64,000 nt of DNA, from the NCBI GenBank assembly GCA_900088475.1, contig FLMG01003887.1, positions 242 through 64,241 on the forward strand, in the 5' to 3' direction. Source of the stretch: Hyphochytrium catenoides (Eukaryota > Protista > Hyphochytriomycota). A program made the position numbers and the translations under genes. Below the pieces are notes generated by a model. The model was given only the letters and a program-made list of their open reading frames with translations. It made no database searches and was not told the DNA's origin. Positions 35,566 through 52,173 of the stretch are shown one piece after another (positions within the stretch are counted from its first letter, which is position 1; every line of letters begins with the position of its first letter).

Positions 35566-38500
35566 CCTAGCTATATTTTCCCTCATTCAGCTTCGCCCTT
35601 GATCCCTCGCTCCACTTCTTAGTCCCTGCTTCTTACCAGAGTAAAGGTCTTGTCCAGGTACTGGATGCAGCTGAAGTAGGGGATCCCGACAATATGGAGA
35701 AGATGGAAGAATTTGGCAGTGTAAACGGCGTCATCTGGGGTCAGCACTGCTCGCGGTAGTGCGCAGAGACGTAAAAGACATAGCACCGTCTCATTGTGAG
35801 GAGAAGGTAGGAACTCTGCCTTCATAGATTCGAAGCGGTCCATTATCCGCTTCCGGTTAGCAACCTGTGTCGCCTGCTCGGTCTAAATGGTGGAGAGGAA
35901 GAGACACGGACGAGAAGGGAGAAACGTGAGAGAATAAGGACACCCAGCGGATATAAGTAGATATATTACGCTCTCTCGCTCTTCTCTCTCTGTCTCCTCG
36001 CCAGATCAAATAGAATTTAGTCACAATAGCCTCTTCCTCCCTAACTATAGCCCCAAGCGCTATTACCTTCAATGTGTGAATGGTCGTGAGACATTTGTCC
36101 ATGTCTTTCCTTCTCTTCACATTGGAAGAAGAAGGGTCCGGGTTCTTGTCCATGGTGGTATAATGTTGCTGCAGCCGCGATACCTCCGCCTCATAGCGCT
36201 TATGAGGAACATAGATGTCATATAGGGAGAGTGACCAGAAAGTCACAAAGAGCTTAGCAGAAATGGCTTCCCAGACTGGAGGCGGGTAGAGAGAGGAGAT
36301 AGAAGAGAGAAGGTGCGAAGAGTACGGCGCCCACTTCTGCACAAGTTCTTTGTTCTCTCCCGCACCATCTGTCGCAGCTCCTGAAGCTCCCTGTTGCTTT
36401 GCATGTAACGCATCTGCAGCTCGAATAGCAGGGCGAACTATGTGAAATGCGACTTCTGGCTCCAAATGATAGTTGGAGCAGAGATCAGAAAGTGAAGGAA
36501 GAAGAGATGCGTAGGCGGAAGAAGGAGAGATTGTGGAAGAGAGAAAGTCTAACAGTTGAACCAGTGTCATCTGGCAGGTGTCATAGAGTCTTCCTAGCAG
36601 CTTGAGATGCCGTGTCGATGTGAGGAAGAGAATTGAAGCCCGCTGCTGGGCTATAAGGGCGAGGAGAGGAAGAACAAGCTTTTCCTTGAGAATTGTATCT
36701 CGCAGACGACTGACCGCCTTCTTGTTAACAGTCTGAAAAGAGAGGCGAAGGAGGTGACACAAAGCCACACAGGGAACATGAGGCGGGGAAAACGAGAGCA
36801 CACCACGTGTTAGGCCATGGCTTCAAGAGAACGATTGCGCTGGACAGCACAGCTGCTGCTAACTGGGAAAGGCCTTATGTCACACGCGTAGAGAGCATTC
36901 TTGCAGAACGAAACGCAGCCGTATATGAAAAAAAGAATAGAGGAGGCACGAAAGCAGTCGAACGGTGCCGGACCGAAGAGAAGAATGCGTGAGAAAAGAA
37001 GGTTAGGGACAGAACGAGGAAGAAAGAGGTTGATCTCATGGAGGTCGTTTAACCTACGGTGAGCAAGGCTGACGTCGTCTCAAGCCATAGTGTAGAGCCA
37101 CCAGCTTTGCCTTCCAGCTGCGCCTCTGAGATGTCCTCAAAGCTTTCTATTCCACCCATTCTGAGCAGGCCCAACAGGTCAGAGTAAGTGCAAGAGTTAG
37201 AGAACAGCCATATCCATCAAATCCCTCTCTCTTTCTCTCCTCGTCAGATACATACACTCTTCTTTAAGGCAACCTTTTTGTACTCTCTTCTCTCGCAGAT
37301 TTCCCCTATTAGCCATCATTTTACCCTCTGCCTGACGCCGCCGTCACCTCTGAGAGTTGCCCAGCCCCACCCACTTTACTATTGCCTCTTCTGCACATCT
37401 CGTCTGTAGGATTCAAAGGCCCTGCTTTACCCTCCTCCCTCCTTAATGCAAAAGTAACTTCTGATAACTTGCTAACCTGGATAGCAGCTTGTTGAGAACG
37501 AGTAGGTCGAGCGAATGCCCGGCTTTCAGTCTCTCCACTAGGTACTTCAAAAGGCCCGCCAGTTCAATTGTGGGATACCTCCGGTAGACCACCCCGCAGA
37601 ACTCAGAGAGAGAAGAGAGCCACTGCGAAGTGTTCGTACCGTCTTCCTTCAATTTGCTTCGGCTGCTGGCAAGATGGACTACGAGAGTGAAGGAGAGGAC
37701 ATCCTGGGAGAGAGGAGAGAGGAACTTGAATGCTTCTACCACTGGGTTGATGAGATTGTCATAGGCTTCAATCTGGCTAACAATGGTCATCAGGACGACA
37801 ATGGGGTTGCTATGGGATATCTGTCCTCCAGTTATATACAGACGAGTAAAGAGAGAGACTTAGAACAGGATGTAAGCAGCCAGGAGTAGGAGAGCCCATT
37901 GCACGCCAAAATCAATGTTAAGAACCGGAGAAGCTGGCAAAGCCAGCTGCAGGGGACAAACCATGGCAGAAACAGATACCACCCCAGAGAAGGAGGTACT
38001 CCAGAGACCAAACCAGCACGAACGACATGGATTAGGCCACTCCCAACTACTAGAGAGTCTCGACCCCAACATTGATGGTATTGCGGATCTCAGGCAGTGA
38101 GAGGGGAACAGAAACTGCAAGGTAAAAAGAAGAAGGGATTAGTCGCCCACTCACCTTCGCTAACTGTCTTCCAATGGTCTTTGTATTCTCCTTCGAAAGT
38201 CTCCGAAGTATCTTCCTCGTGTTGTTAGCCGTCTCCGCCTCAGCCATAAGCAGCAGAGGAGACAAGTAAGCTTTGTCTTTCCAAGAGGAGTAAAGCCGAT
38301 ATCGATCCTCAAAGTCAAGACTCTTGATCGCTTCCCATAGCTCCGCCGCCACGGCCGGATTGCAATCGATTAAGGAGAGCCCGGGAAGCAACGAGTTCTC
38401 TGTAGATGGCAAGAGAGACGAAGTTGGATACGTGAAGCGACACGGCAAGACAGAAGGACAACCGAAGCATAAAAAAAGATCTGGGACCAACATAGTGAGA

Positions 38501-41500
38501 AGAGACCGGCCAAAAAAGGAGGACAGACCCACGGTAACGATGGGACGATGTTGATAACTCAAGCGAAAGGCAAAGANNNNNNNNNNNNNNNNNNNNNNNN
38601 NNNNNNNNNNNNNNNNNNNNNNNNNNNNNNNNNNNNNNNNNNNNNNNNNNNNNACATTCAGTGTCTGAAGCGTGGAGGCGTCATTAGCTCTGTAGAGGAA
38701 GGCGATAAGACGGCAAAGCTTCACAAAGACCGGGATCTTTCGAGAGATCTGAAAGGATGTGGTTAGTCTCTGTCAGTGCTTTTAAAGCTTGGACGAAATC
38801 ACTTAGGTGATGCCTAAGTAGAGGTCGCAGTAAACCTCCTATCACGGGCATGCTAGGTTTATACTCTCCCCGGCTCATTGAGCTGTTCATTCTGCCCCCT
38901 CGTTGCAACTCTTTTTTCCTCAAAGCGCTTACCTGTGGGCCAAGGAGTGATAGTAAGGGCTCCACACCCTTGAGTACACTGTCTACAGAATCCTCGAGCT
39001 TCAGCACCTCGGAGCACCTCGGAGTGCTGCGCTTTCCTCTCCCTCCTTTTCCTCCTTTCTCTTTGGTCTCCTTGTCGTCCTTCCCAGTCCAAGCACAGAT
39101 AGGACGAAGGGGAGAGTACGATTTCTCGATGACCCCTCCTACGAGGTCACATAGAGAATCTGCGACCTCTGTGTCTAACATAGGGTTGATGTTATGAAGA
39201 GTGAGAAGAGAGATGAGCTCTTGAGCTACTCGCCAGCTCCCCACCGAAAGAAGACCGGCAAGAAGGCCAAGTATCTGATTGTTCGACTGGAAGAAAGAGG
39301 CGCTGCTGTCCTTCTTCCCCGCGTTTGCCTGTCAAGGGAGAACAAGAAAACGTTGAGAGGCCATAGAGCTAAACCGTGGGTCCAGCACCATGTAACGAAG
39401 AAAGAAGTTCGGAGCTGCATAAACTACAGATCATACTAAAAGCTCCAAAGTAAATGACAAAATGATCTTCTTGCAGACCTTAGCTATGGCCTCCTTTCTC
39501 TCCTCCGCCGTGGCAGTGAGACTCACAACCCCCACTCCTCTAGCTTCCTTTTGCAATAGCTCTAGCCTATCTCGCTGATCTTTTGCCATTTCGGGGAGAG
39601 AAGGGCGAAGATGAGGGAGAAGATTCTGAAGGGAGAGCTTCCTCTCTGCTAGAAGTAGTGCGGAGACGGTAAACAAAGACTTTGGGGTCTTCTCTTCTCC
39701 TCCCGGCCTCTCCTTTTGATAAAACTGGTACTTGAACCCCAAGAGATGGGGCAGAGCGGAAGCCTTGAAAAGAGATGAGAGGACAAGAAAGGCTCTGTTC
39801 TCGGGCTGTTTCTCATAGGCTTCCAATAGTAGGTCAAATACTCTATTGGGGTCCAGGTCAAAGGCGCCAATGAGCGCTTTGACATTGTCGCCCACAGCCT
39901 TGACCGAGGAGGGAGTGAGGGAGGAGTGGAGGAGAGAAAGTAGCTTGGAATAGCCCTCAGTCTCTTCTCTCAAAAGGTTGTACTTTTGCTGTGTATACCT
40001 ATTAAGGAAGGGAACAACAAGACAAATAATGTAAATTTGGCGGTCCAGAACCACGGAATGAACCTACTCCGCCCTAGTGCACTCGCAGGGGCAACAGGAC
40101 AGACCATGCAGCCGCACTGGCCAAGTGAGATCATAGCCACTTATCTAGGGACAAAAACGCAGAGCCAAGAGAGAAAGATAATCGTTCCCGAAGCTTGTAA
40201 ACAAGAAAGAACGAAGAAGGCTCAGAAAGTGTGATACAAGTCATGAGGATGGCAAAGACCAGGAGTCTGGAAAAGCAGTTCGCTAACGCGCTTACAGGTT
40301 CTTGGTGTTTGCTCTGATGAGCTTTTTGTTCATGACACTAAGATTTTCTATCAGCCCAGCACCCTCCAAGAGCTCTAACTCCAGCACCTGCTTCAGAAGC
40401 AGGGGAGGGACAATTTCCCTAGCCTAGAAGGAGATCAGTCAGAAAGACCCAGTTAAGAAAGGTCCACCAGAGTCGTTAAAAGATCCAGAGAAAGGAGAGA
40501 ACAAGGAGACGAACTTCCTAGATGAGGGACTCTGTTTAGAGGCTAGAAGGAGGAGGATAAGAGAGATCTGTTCCTCTTCAGGTCTGTGGCGTTCATCACT
40601 TACCACAACTTCCTTTACAAGGGAACAAAGTCTGCTCCATTCCTCGCTTCCTTTCTTGCTAGGTCCTGCTTCATGGTCTGTCTCCATCCCTTCAAGACAT
40701 AAAAGGCAACAAAAAGTAAGACAAGAGTAGATAATAAAGATCAGTACAAGGGAGCAGAGGCTACACGAGGGACAAGAAGACATAGTCTAGTATGAAGCAT
40801 CAACGAGAAGTGCAACGATGGGGATGTCCTACCGATCAGCCATAGCACATCAGCCAAAGCTTCAGAGACATTCCCATCATCTGGGCGGGCCTATGGAGAA
40901 TTCCAGCCAGAAGAGGTAAGATAAGAGGGAGACTGAGGGACAGAGAATGATAGAGACGGAACTATTTAGAGTGGACAGAAAAAGTAGGCGGTAAGCGTTG
41001 ATCGAGTTCGGCTGTTGACTAGACCATTACCTTCTTCAAAAGGTCGCAGAACTGGTCCGAGGTGATGTTGCTAACCAGCGTTTGCTGCACCAGCTCGTAT
41101 AAGACCTGCTTAAAGACTGGGTAGCCTAGGAGAGAGTACATCCAAAGGTGAATTCCATGATAGTGTCCGGACTAATCGTAGGAAGGGCGAGGCACGGAAC
41201 AGTAAAGTAGGGGAACTTGTTTGGAGGGAGTTCTCAAAAGACAGCCCTCGGCCAATGAAACGAAATAAAGGTCAAGTGCCGGCGATGCGTACCTTTGCCA
41301 TTGCGTTCTATAGGCTCGGAGGGCGCAGGCTGGAGGAGGCCCATTCTAATTTACATCGATGGGTGAGAGGAACAGAAAGCAACACTAAGCCCTGCGTATT
41401 AACCTCGAAACAGAATAACGAACGAACAGACACTCACATCTTTCCCTCTCCCGAGTCTGTCCAGCCAGCGCAGACCTGCGAGGTCACATAATGAAAGGCA

Positions 41501-41517
41501 GTCTTGGCTGATGACAT
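33371..41517 (-). CDS. THOC2: THO complex subunit 2, multi-exon; extreme 3' end uncertain (possible extra short exon)
   Basis: YTQQKYNLLREETEGYSKL, LIGAFDLDPNRVFDLLLEAYE, ILRRLSKEN, QIEAYDNLI.PVVEAFKFL, KLKEDGTN.SQWL, KLLGRLYDTC, FWSLSLYDIYVP, EYMDIRNSLIVLTKI, and a long R/S/E-rich C-terminus. The candidate start ATG 41517 gives MSSAKTAFHYV. Confidence 0.95.
38577..38653. other. Assembly gap (others at 26112-26129, 44088-44108, 55444-55539)
   Basis: Runs of N. This one interrupts THOC2 near an exon/intron junction. Confidence 0.99.
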
Positions 41518-43668
41518 CCTTCCCAGACCCAAGCTCTGCCTCTAAACGGTAATCTGTTCAGCCTGTCTTCCTTCACCTTAGACTAGCCTTCTCCAGGGAA
41601 AGCCGCCGCCAGGTATCATCATAAACCTGTCTTTTCTACTGGAAGCGTTAACGTTGCTCTCTCTGTCTGTTCTGTCATCCCCTCAGCATTCGAGCCTGGA
41701 GCTGCTCTGCGCTATTTTGAAGCTCTGCCATTGGATCTCAACTCTGAACGAAGATACTGACACAATTTCAGAGACTTCCTTTGACTCATATCTGGTCGGT
41801 AGGTTATCACACCTAGAATCAGTCGGGTGATTCCTTTAGTTTTGGCCCATCCACCCTCAATAGGTAGAGATATTCCAGTATGCCAGATGTCCCACCCACT
41901 GTATAACCAGTGAAAGATAATCTTTGTTTGATTTATTTTGCCATTATGTTGAGAACTAAGGAAGAGCTTGATAACTTAACTTGCCAACATCATTATCATG
42001 AGCAGCATTGATCGGTGACGGGGGCCGCTTACTCGCTCTCTTCGTCGTCAAGAATCAGCGGCCAGTTCGTAGATAAAAGGAGAAGCCTCCTGCCTTGGCT
42101 TCTCATCGCTGGTTGTCGCTTGGGACGAGTGCTATTCCGTGCATGAACAGTGAGATATCACCGCCGCTATTATGGACGGCGGTAGGAGGAGCTATCATGG
42201 TTATGGCTTTCTGGGCTAGTTAGTTGGTCAAACAAGGGGACGTGTCCGACCACAGCTTAAAGCTACTACTCACATATAATGGACAACACGGTTGTTATGA
42301 TGGATGGTCGTAGTAATCAGTGAAGCATCACCAGTGTGATGAGGGTGGTCAAGGTAATAAGCCTTTTCTCCATGGAAGAAGCAGCAGCTGTAGCAAAAGT
42401 TATGGCTCCTTTGGCAGCTGTATTTCCACAAGAAGAGGCTTATTGTCGCCGGCGACCAGGAAGAACGTCTCGTCGACCTCATCTCCATTGACCGACTGTG
42501 GATCACGTGACAGGCCCACTACTAGCAGTGTTTGTTACTCACTTAATAACATAGGACGCGAGATGCGTCTCTCTTGACATGAAGGAGTATTGTGATAATT
42601 TCCCTATTTCGTCGGTCCTAGCGTCGTAGAACCCTCAGAAGTGAGGGACAGAAGAGAAACTCGGCCATTCCAGGATGAACACATGCTCATGATGGGTGGC
42701 TAATAATATGTCAAATGCTATTTTCGCCCCTCCCTCTTTCTGGAGGGGCTTTGAGAGATAAACGGACCCTTTTTTAAGATGCTACTTCTTCTTCACCAAT
42801 CGAGACTCTCAAGAAGTGAAGAAAGAGCGGATCACGTAATCATCGCCGTATAGGCGTTAACTCACCTAACAAGCACTGCAAGGAGGCACAATAATGGACA
42901 GGATGAATGATACACTCTACCCAGACGACGACAGCTATATGGCCAACGTCCTGAAATGATGCATTCATGCTCAATCAGTCAGCAGGCAGGTGCGCCTTGC
43001 CAGTCCGCTAGAGAACTCCTGCTCCGCTGCATCATCGCACTTGTCATCTCCTCCTCTTCTGCACTTTGAAACAGGCTCCTCCGCTCATGGCGCCTGTTGC
43101 TTGTTGCACTACCGGGCTTGCTTTAGGTAACGCTGTGGCCGAATCTGAGAAGGCATCTCCCTTAATGGGCAGATTTTGGGCGCCAACACCGATAATAAAA
43201 CCAGGCTCTCTTAGTAAAGGTATACAATTGTTTTGACTCTGACCAGTAATAACCTTCACCTCCGATATTAGATTGGATATTATCACGAGTCAAGAGAAAA
43301 GGATACCCCGAAAACGCTTGCAAAGTGATTTATAGAGAAAGCTGCGAATTGTTGATCCTCCGTAGCTCTCAAGTGCAGACATCTCAGACTTGGCCGTGTG
43401 GTCGAGTTGCTGCCGGAGACTCAATTGTTGACCTCTGGAACCTTACAGCAGTCGTGTCCTGGATAAGACAAGCAGTTTTGCCTCCGAGACTAGCAATCGG
43501 TCGTGAAGCCCGCTTAGTTCGAAGTGCTATCCATGAGCAAGTTCTTGCACTAGTTCGGGGCTGCTGACCGTTGAGTCTTTCGGCTCACGAGGAGAAGCGC
43601 TTCCTGACTGGCAATTAGAGCGATAATATTACATTTTGTGGTGACACGCCACCCTGTACAAATTGAAG

Positions 43669-46284
<2,616 letters not shown>

Positions 46285-46776
46285 CTTAGCGGCTATTTGT
46301 ACAGCTTGTCTAGGGGTCACTCGTCCATCCCTATCTCCTCCTCTCCTGCCCCTCTCCTTCATGTCTCTCTCTGTAGATAGCCTCTTGCCTCAAAATCCTC
46401 TGTCGATTCTCAAGTCCATAGTCTCAGTTGCTGTTGAGAACTCTGTATCCCTAGCACTGTGTCAGTGGTAGGTTCTCGAAGCTTGTGGAGAGCGGGAGAG
46501 CGAAGCGCTGCTTGACGATGTGAATCCTTTTCTGGAATAGTAGAAGTCCTCAATCCCTCTCTCTCTCCGCGCAACTGGCGTCTCAGCGCTGCCTGGCCCA
46601 ATAAAGGCCTTTAATAAGTTAGAGGAGCAAGGTCTTCGTGTCTTCGTCACGTCATTTATGGTCCGGATGACCGTTAGCGGCTAGACCGAAGATTCTTATG
46701 CACGTTAGCGGTATCGGGGGATCTAAATGGCGAAGTGTTCCTGTTCCCTTTCGGTCTCTTGGCCTGGTCTGTCTCT

Positions 46777-46810
<34 letters not shown>

Positions 46811-47218
46811 TGCTCTCTCTCTTGCGCTCTCTCTTGCTCTCCCTCTTTCTCTCTCTCTTGCTCACCCTCTTTCTCTCTCTCTCTCGCTCTCTTTCTCTCT
46901 CTTGCTCTCGCGCAATCCCCCCCTCCCCCCCCTTTTCTCCACAATCTCACTGTCTCTCATGATCCTAGATTCTCACTTCTCTCCCACCTGTTCGCTTCCC
47001 GCTGTCCCTGCTGGGAGCATTGACGCTTCTGTCCAATAGCAGATGTTCTGGCATCTCCGGCAGGAAAGAGACTGGAAAGAGAAGGACGGAGCAGCAGGTG
47101 GTAGAAGATAGCACGCAGACAGTGTCGGTGCAGCTCTAAGCCAAGAGAGCCATAGACTGCGAGAGGGCCTGAGTCAAGAAATCTTCCGGAGGACCGAACT
47201 CACTGACAGTGAAGGATT

Positions 47219-47293
47219 ATGAAGGCTAGTGTCCCTTCTGCACGAAGCTATGAAGAGGCTGGGATACTAGGGCTTCGTTGCTGTTTTTCCCTA

Positions 47294-47350
<57 letters not shown>

Positions 47351-47802
47351 GTTTCTCTCTTTCTCTGTTTCTCTCTTTCTCTCTCTCGGTGCTTCTCTTC
47401 GTTCTACTCTCGCAAAGACGGCATCGATTTCCTCCCCACGTTTAGATCTTCTAACCCTCTTATGTTTCTCTTCTCTTCCTCACTCTCCCTCTCTCTCTCT
47501 CTCCATGTCTCTCTCTCCAACAGAGAGGTCTACCCTCAGACGCAGTGGTGGATCTCACAGCATTATCTTCAGAAGAAGAGAGCAGAAGTAAGCTGAGGGC
47601 TCCAGCTAGGAAGGTACCCAGAGAAAATGGAGACGTCGGTGGAGGAGAGGGAAAGAGAAGTATCCCTTCTGCTTTGCCATCCGTCACCTCTGCCTATGTT
47701 GCGCCAGAGAAGAAGGCAGAAACTGATGGTATAGTTGTCTCTCCCTTCATTCCTCCTCTTTCCTATTGTGGTCTGACCCTTTTCTGTGCCTTTCTCTTTC
47801 TT

Positions 47803-47875
<73 letters not shown>

Positions 47876-48113
47876 CTCTCTCGCACACATCCACACACAT
47901 TCTCTCCTACATGGGCCCTGTAACTTTCTATCTTTATTTGCCTCATTAGCTCTTTACAATCTTTTCTTCCAACGATCCGCAGGGTGTGGCAGACTTCCTC
48001 GCTTTCCAATGTTTATGCTTAAGACCAGACAGCTATCGGAGGCCAGATTTAACGGTAGTGCGGGAACACGGATAGGCTGCCTTGGCCTCAAATCCGCATC
48101 CTGGCCTTATTGT

Positions 48114-48161
<48 letters not shown>

Positions 48162-49595
48162 TGTGTGTGTCCCTCTCTCTCGCCTCCCGCTCCCTCTTCC
48201 TCGTCGTCTCTCCCTCTTTCTCGCCGGTTCTCTCTCTTTCTCTGGCTCTGTCTCACACACACAGTGCGGGCACATGCTATCACGTCTGAACACACAGTAT
48301 CTCATCTCTTCCTCTCCCTATACTTGTTCGTATCTCTGAGTCTCTTTTCCTGTCCCATGCCTGAAGCACTGTTCTCTTACGTCCTATGATCTTATCTAGT
48401 CCACAGCTTTGACATTCTGTCTCTTGTTCTCTCCGTCGCGAGCCAGAGGGCTGCATAAGCATCAAGGACATCTTCCAAGGAGACTATACTTCGGTGCTCC
48501 TGTCGAACTATATGTACGAGCTTGACTGGCTCTTCCTCCAGGTTCCCAAGCTTTCCGATGTTCCGACGGACATCATCTGCGGCGATAAAACCATCAGCAT
48601 GTGAGTCGGGAGATCAGTGAGGGAAACAAAAGGGAGGCGGAAAGGAAAAAGAGGAGGCAAATCCAAAGGGAACAAGAGGGAAGAATGGGCAGAAGAGAGG
48701 GGAACATTTTGTACCTTCCCGCTTATAGTACGTCTTTCTCTCTCTTTCTCTCTCTCTCTTCTAGTGATCTCAGCCATATGAAGAACATACGGATCTTCAA
48801 ACCTGACCTCCCACCTTATGGGACTCACCACACTAAGATGCTGGTAATGGTCTACATTTCTCTCTCTTATAACGAAGCCTACGAATTCTCTTCTTCCTGT
48901 TCATCCCCACATCTTTTTTCTAACGTCAACATTTGCCTCCTCCATCGGCCCTTGTTTGCAAATTTCTTACCTTCTGCGGGCCAAGTCATCTCTCTCTCTC
49001 TCTCTGCTCTCGCCCTCTCTTTCTTTTCTCTCTCTCTCTCCTCTCCCATCTCTTTCTCAGGTCTTTTCTACGTGTCTTCACTCCCATCAAACCCACTTTG
49101 CCTTGCTCTTCGTCTTTGCCATGCACTCCTTCTAACACATCCTGTCGCAGATGCTCTATTATCCAACCGGCATTCGAATATGTGTCCACACCGCTAACTA
49201 CCTTCAAAGAGACTTTGAGATGAAGAGCCAACTCGCCTGGGTTCAGGATTTTCCCAAGAAGAGGGAGAAAGATGGAGATGGCGGAGACGTGGCAGAGGAA
49301 AGCGAGATTGGGGAACAGTTCCGGAGGACTTTGACTAACTATTTGCAAAGTGTGGGGGGTGTCGCAAGGAACCATGCCAAGCAGCTGAGTCTCTATGACT
49401 TCTCTAGGGCTTCAGCTTTTCTCATCCCTTCGGTACCGGATAGCAGGCACGGTACGCAGGCCTAGGCATCTCATAGCCTCTCTCTCTCTGTTTCTCGCTT
49501 TCTGTTGCTCTCTCGCTCTCTCTCTCTCGTTCTTTTCTCTCTCTCTCTTGCTCTCTCTCTCTATTTCTCTCTCTCTCTCTATTTCTCTCTCTCTC

Positions 49596-49630
<35 letters not shown>

Positions 49631-51969
49631 TTCCCCTCTTTCGCTCTCTCTTGCCCTCGCTCTATACTGTTCCTCGGCGCTCTCGTCGTCACTTGCCTCG
49701 TTTGTTGGTTATCTTCGTCCAGTATGCCAATCTAAAAAGAGCTTTGAATGTTCATCCTCTACTTCAACGCCTTCTACAACTTATCACTCTCTTTTTGCCC
49801 ACTTTTCTCCATGGATCTTTACCATTCATTGCTCACGTAGGAGGAGGAATGAGGTTTGGGCAGATGGAGCTCAGAAGGTAAACCATAACTTCCGTGGCAG
49901 AGGAATTTGTCTTGATCATGACTCGGCGCCTAACTCTCTCACTATCTCTCTCCGTCTTTCCCTTGTCGCTCTCACTGCCTTGCGTTTGTTTACCAATGCA
50001 TTTCGGCTTATGGCCCAAACTGCGTCGTGACATAAGAGTCCTGCAAAAGTATTGGAAGGACGAGCGCAAGGAAGACCTTTCTTTCATATGTCAGGTAAGC
50101 GCTATGGAGCAGGGATTGTAAGAGGGACTGGCAGACAGGGCCCGGGATGGGAAGCCATCGAGAACGATGGTGAAAGAGAAGAGAGAGAGGGAAGAGCAAG
50201 AGCAAGACCAGAGAAGGAGCAGCAGGAAGCGCAGAGTTCTTCAGAAGCAACTGAATAGCTCTTGACACTAATCTAAGAGCGCTTCATCTCTTGCAGTTCT
50301 CTAGTCTGGGCTCTCTCTCGGAAGCTTGGCTGCAGGAGTTCTTGAACAATCTTTATGCTTCCAAGCCACACCAGCCTATTAAGCCACAGCCCAAGAATCT
50401 GAGCATCATTTGGCCGACAGCTCCACAAGTGGTAGGTTCCTCGTTGAATCTTCTGTCTGGCGAGTGGGCATAAGCATTATTGGACGTCTTCAGATCACTC
50501 TGTCTCTCGAATCGCCTTGGAGTTCTCTCCCTGTCCTTCCGTTTTTGGCTCTCTCTGGCGTCTTGGGATGCTTAGACTTACCATACCGCTGAACGTTTCG
50601 GGTTATGCAATGGCTCTCTATCATTAATGTTAACTGTGCTACTCTTCTCTGTTCCCATCCTTCTTTGTTTCTCAGCTTTGGAAGTGGATAGAATAGGTTC
50701 TCCTACGCCGTGACGCGTGGCGTGTTACTCACTAACACGTTATCCTTCTGTTGCTAGCGTGACTCTCTCGAGGGTTGGAGCGCGGGCGGTAGCATTCCAT
50801 GCAACAGCTCAAATCAGAAGGTGCGTTCGATAGACAAGACTAGGCCCGCGGGCATAGCTATGCACTTTTCTTCTTCATGTCTCTTCTAGCTTACTTCTTG
50901 CAGGCCAGCTTGTCTCGATCTCAGAGCGTTAACCTTACATATCTCCCTCTCTGCTATGTAGCCGTTCCTTCGACAGTATCTCTGTAGGTGGAACTCAAGA
51001 GCTTCCTTCGGCAGAGACAGAGCCATGCCCCATATGAAGGTAAGTGGGGTAAGACATACACGGGAAGAAGGTGCTATAGGAGGTTGACGAGAGGGCCGCC
51101 TGCATCCTTTTCTTTTACGGTGGAGAGAGAGAGAAACTCAGATGGATCACAGAAAGAGAGAAAGAGATGACAAAGCCTACCTACCTTGATTTGCCAATGC
51201 TCATCACTCCCTGACGCTCAATTATCTCCTGCTCCGCTTTTCACGTCACCCCCTATCTCCTCTCTACATCTGTAATAGTCCTATACATGTTATCGTCCAG
51301 TGGCAGATGAAGAAGACAGACCGTTGGAAGAGAAGAAGAAACATCTGAGCTGGTTTCTTCTAACTAGCAGTAATCTCAGTAGTGCGGCCTGGGGAAGCAT
51401 GAGCAAAAAAGGGAAGTTCTCAATGCGATCCTACGAAATGGGAGTCCTCGTTCTCCCTGTGTCCTATGCCAATTATGCCAAGGAAGAGCCTTTCTCCTGC
51501 ACAGACAGACAGGCAGGACAAAGAATGAAGAAGGTGATCAAGTGCCAGGATTTTTGTTGCTTGGCTCTATATCTTCTCTACCTCCCTAAACGTATCGTCC
51601 CTTTGCCATTACCTATCTTCACACAGCTGCAGACGGAGAAGCCTGTAATACTAGTGGATAGCGAATCACCAGCTTGCAAGTCGGTGGAGAAAGAGCGTCA
51701 TATAGAGGTGTGACTAGAAGACGGCGTGAAAATCTTTCTTTTTACCGCTTTTCTTTCTCTCTCACTTCCTGCCTTGACCCTCTAGCACGCTTTCTCTTCT
51801 CCCGCTCATCACTTCTGTCTACTAACTAACCCATATCCTGCCATGCTAGGTCTCCCTTCCAGTCCCGTACTCTTTGCCTCCTCTTCGCTACTCTCTCACG
51901 GATGAGCCATGGGTGTGGGATAAACCTCGGTTCCAACCTGATTGCTTGGGAAAGCAGTACATTGTCTAG
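47219..51969 (+). CDS. TDP1: Tyrosyl-DNA phosphodiesterase 1, multi-exon; start uncertain
   Basis: [19 protein letters not shown]...HTANY (HKN 1), [32 protein letters not shown]...VRDSLEGW.AGGSIP, R.RAMPHMKSY...[12 protein letters not shown] (HKN 2), [17 protein letters not shown]...DEPWVWD. TAG ends at 51969. Confidence 0.95.
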
Positions 51970-52173
51970 CCTTTGGCACACAGTCTTATTTATGGCGGTC
52001 GTTAGTCTACGATCTCCCTCTGTTTCACTCTCCTGGCTTGCGAAATGCTTTTTCTCTCTCTCTCGCTGGCACTTGTACAGCCCCATTGCCCTTGCTGGTA
52101 CGCGTGGTCAGGGCTATGATGGATGTGCGCAGGCTGAATTCCTTTAGCCCGTGACGTATCCCTCGCACGCCGC

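Noticed and set aside
41750-43050. Possible decayed Gypsy RNase H fragments on the minus strand (ITYRP-like and WR.YL-like hints)
   Set aside because: The motifs are too eroded to support a call without a profile search.
47219-51969. Functional clustering of two PLD-superfamily genes (PLD and TDP1)
   Set aside because: They are 28 kb apart, separated by unrelated housekeeping genes, and have unrelated roles; probably coincidence.
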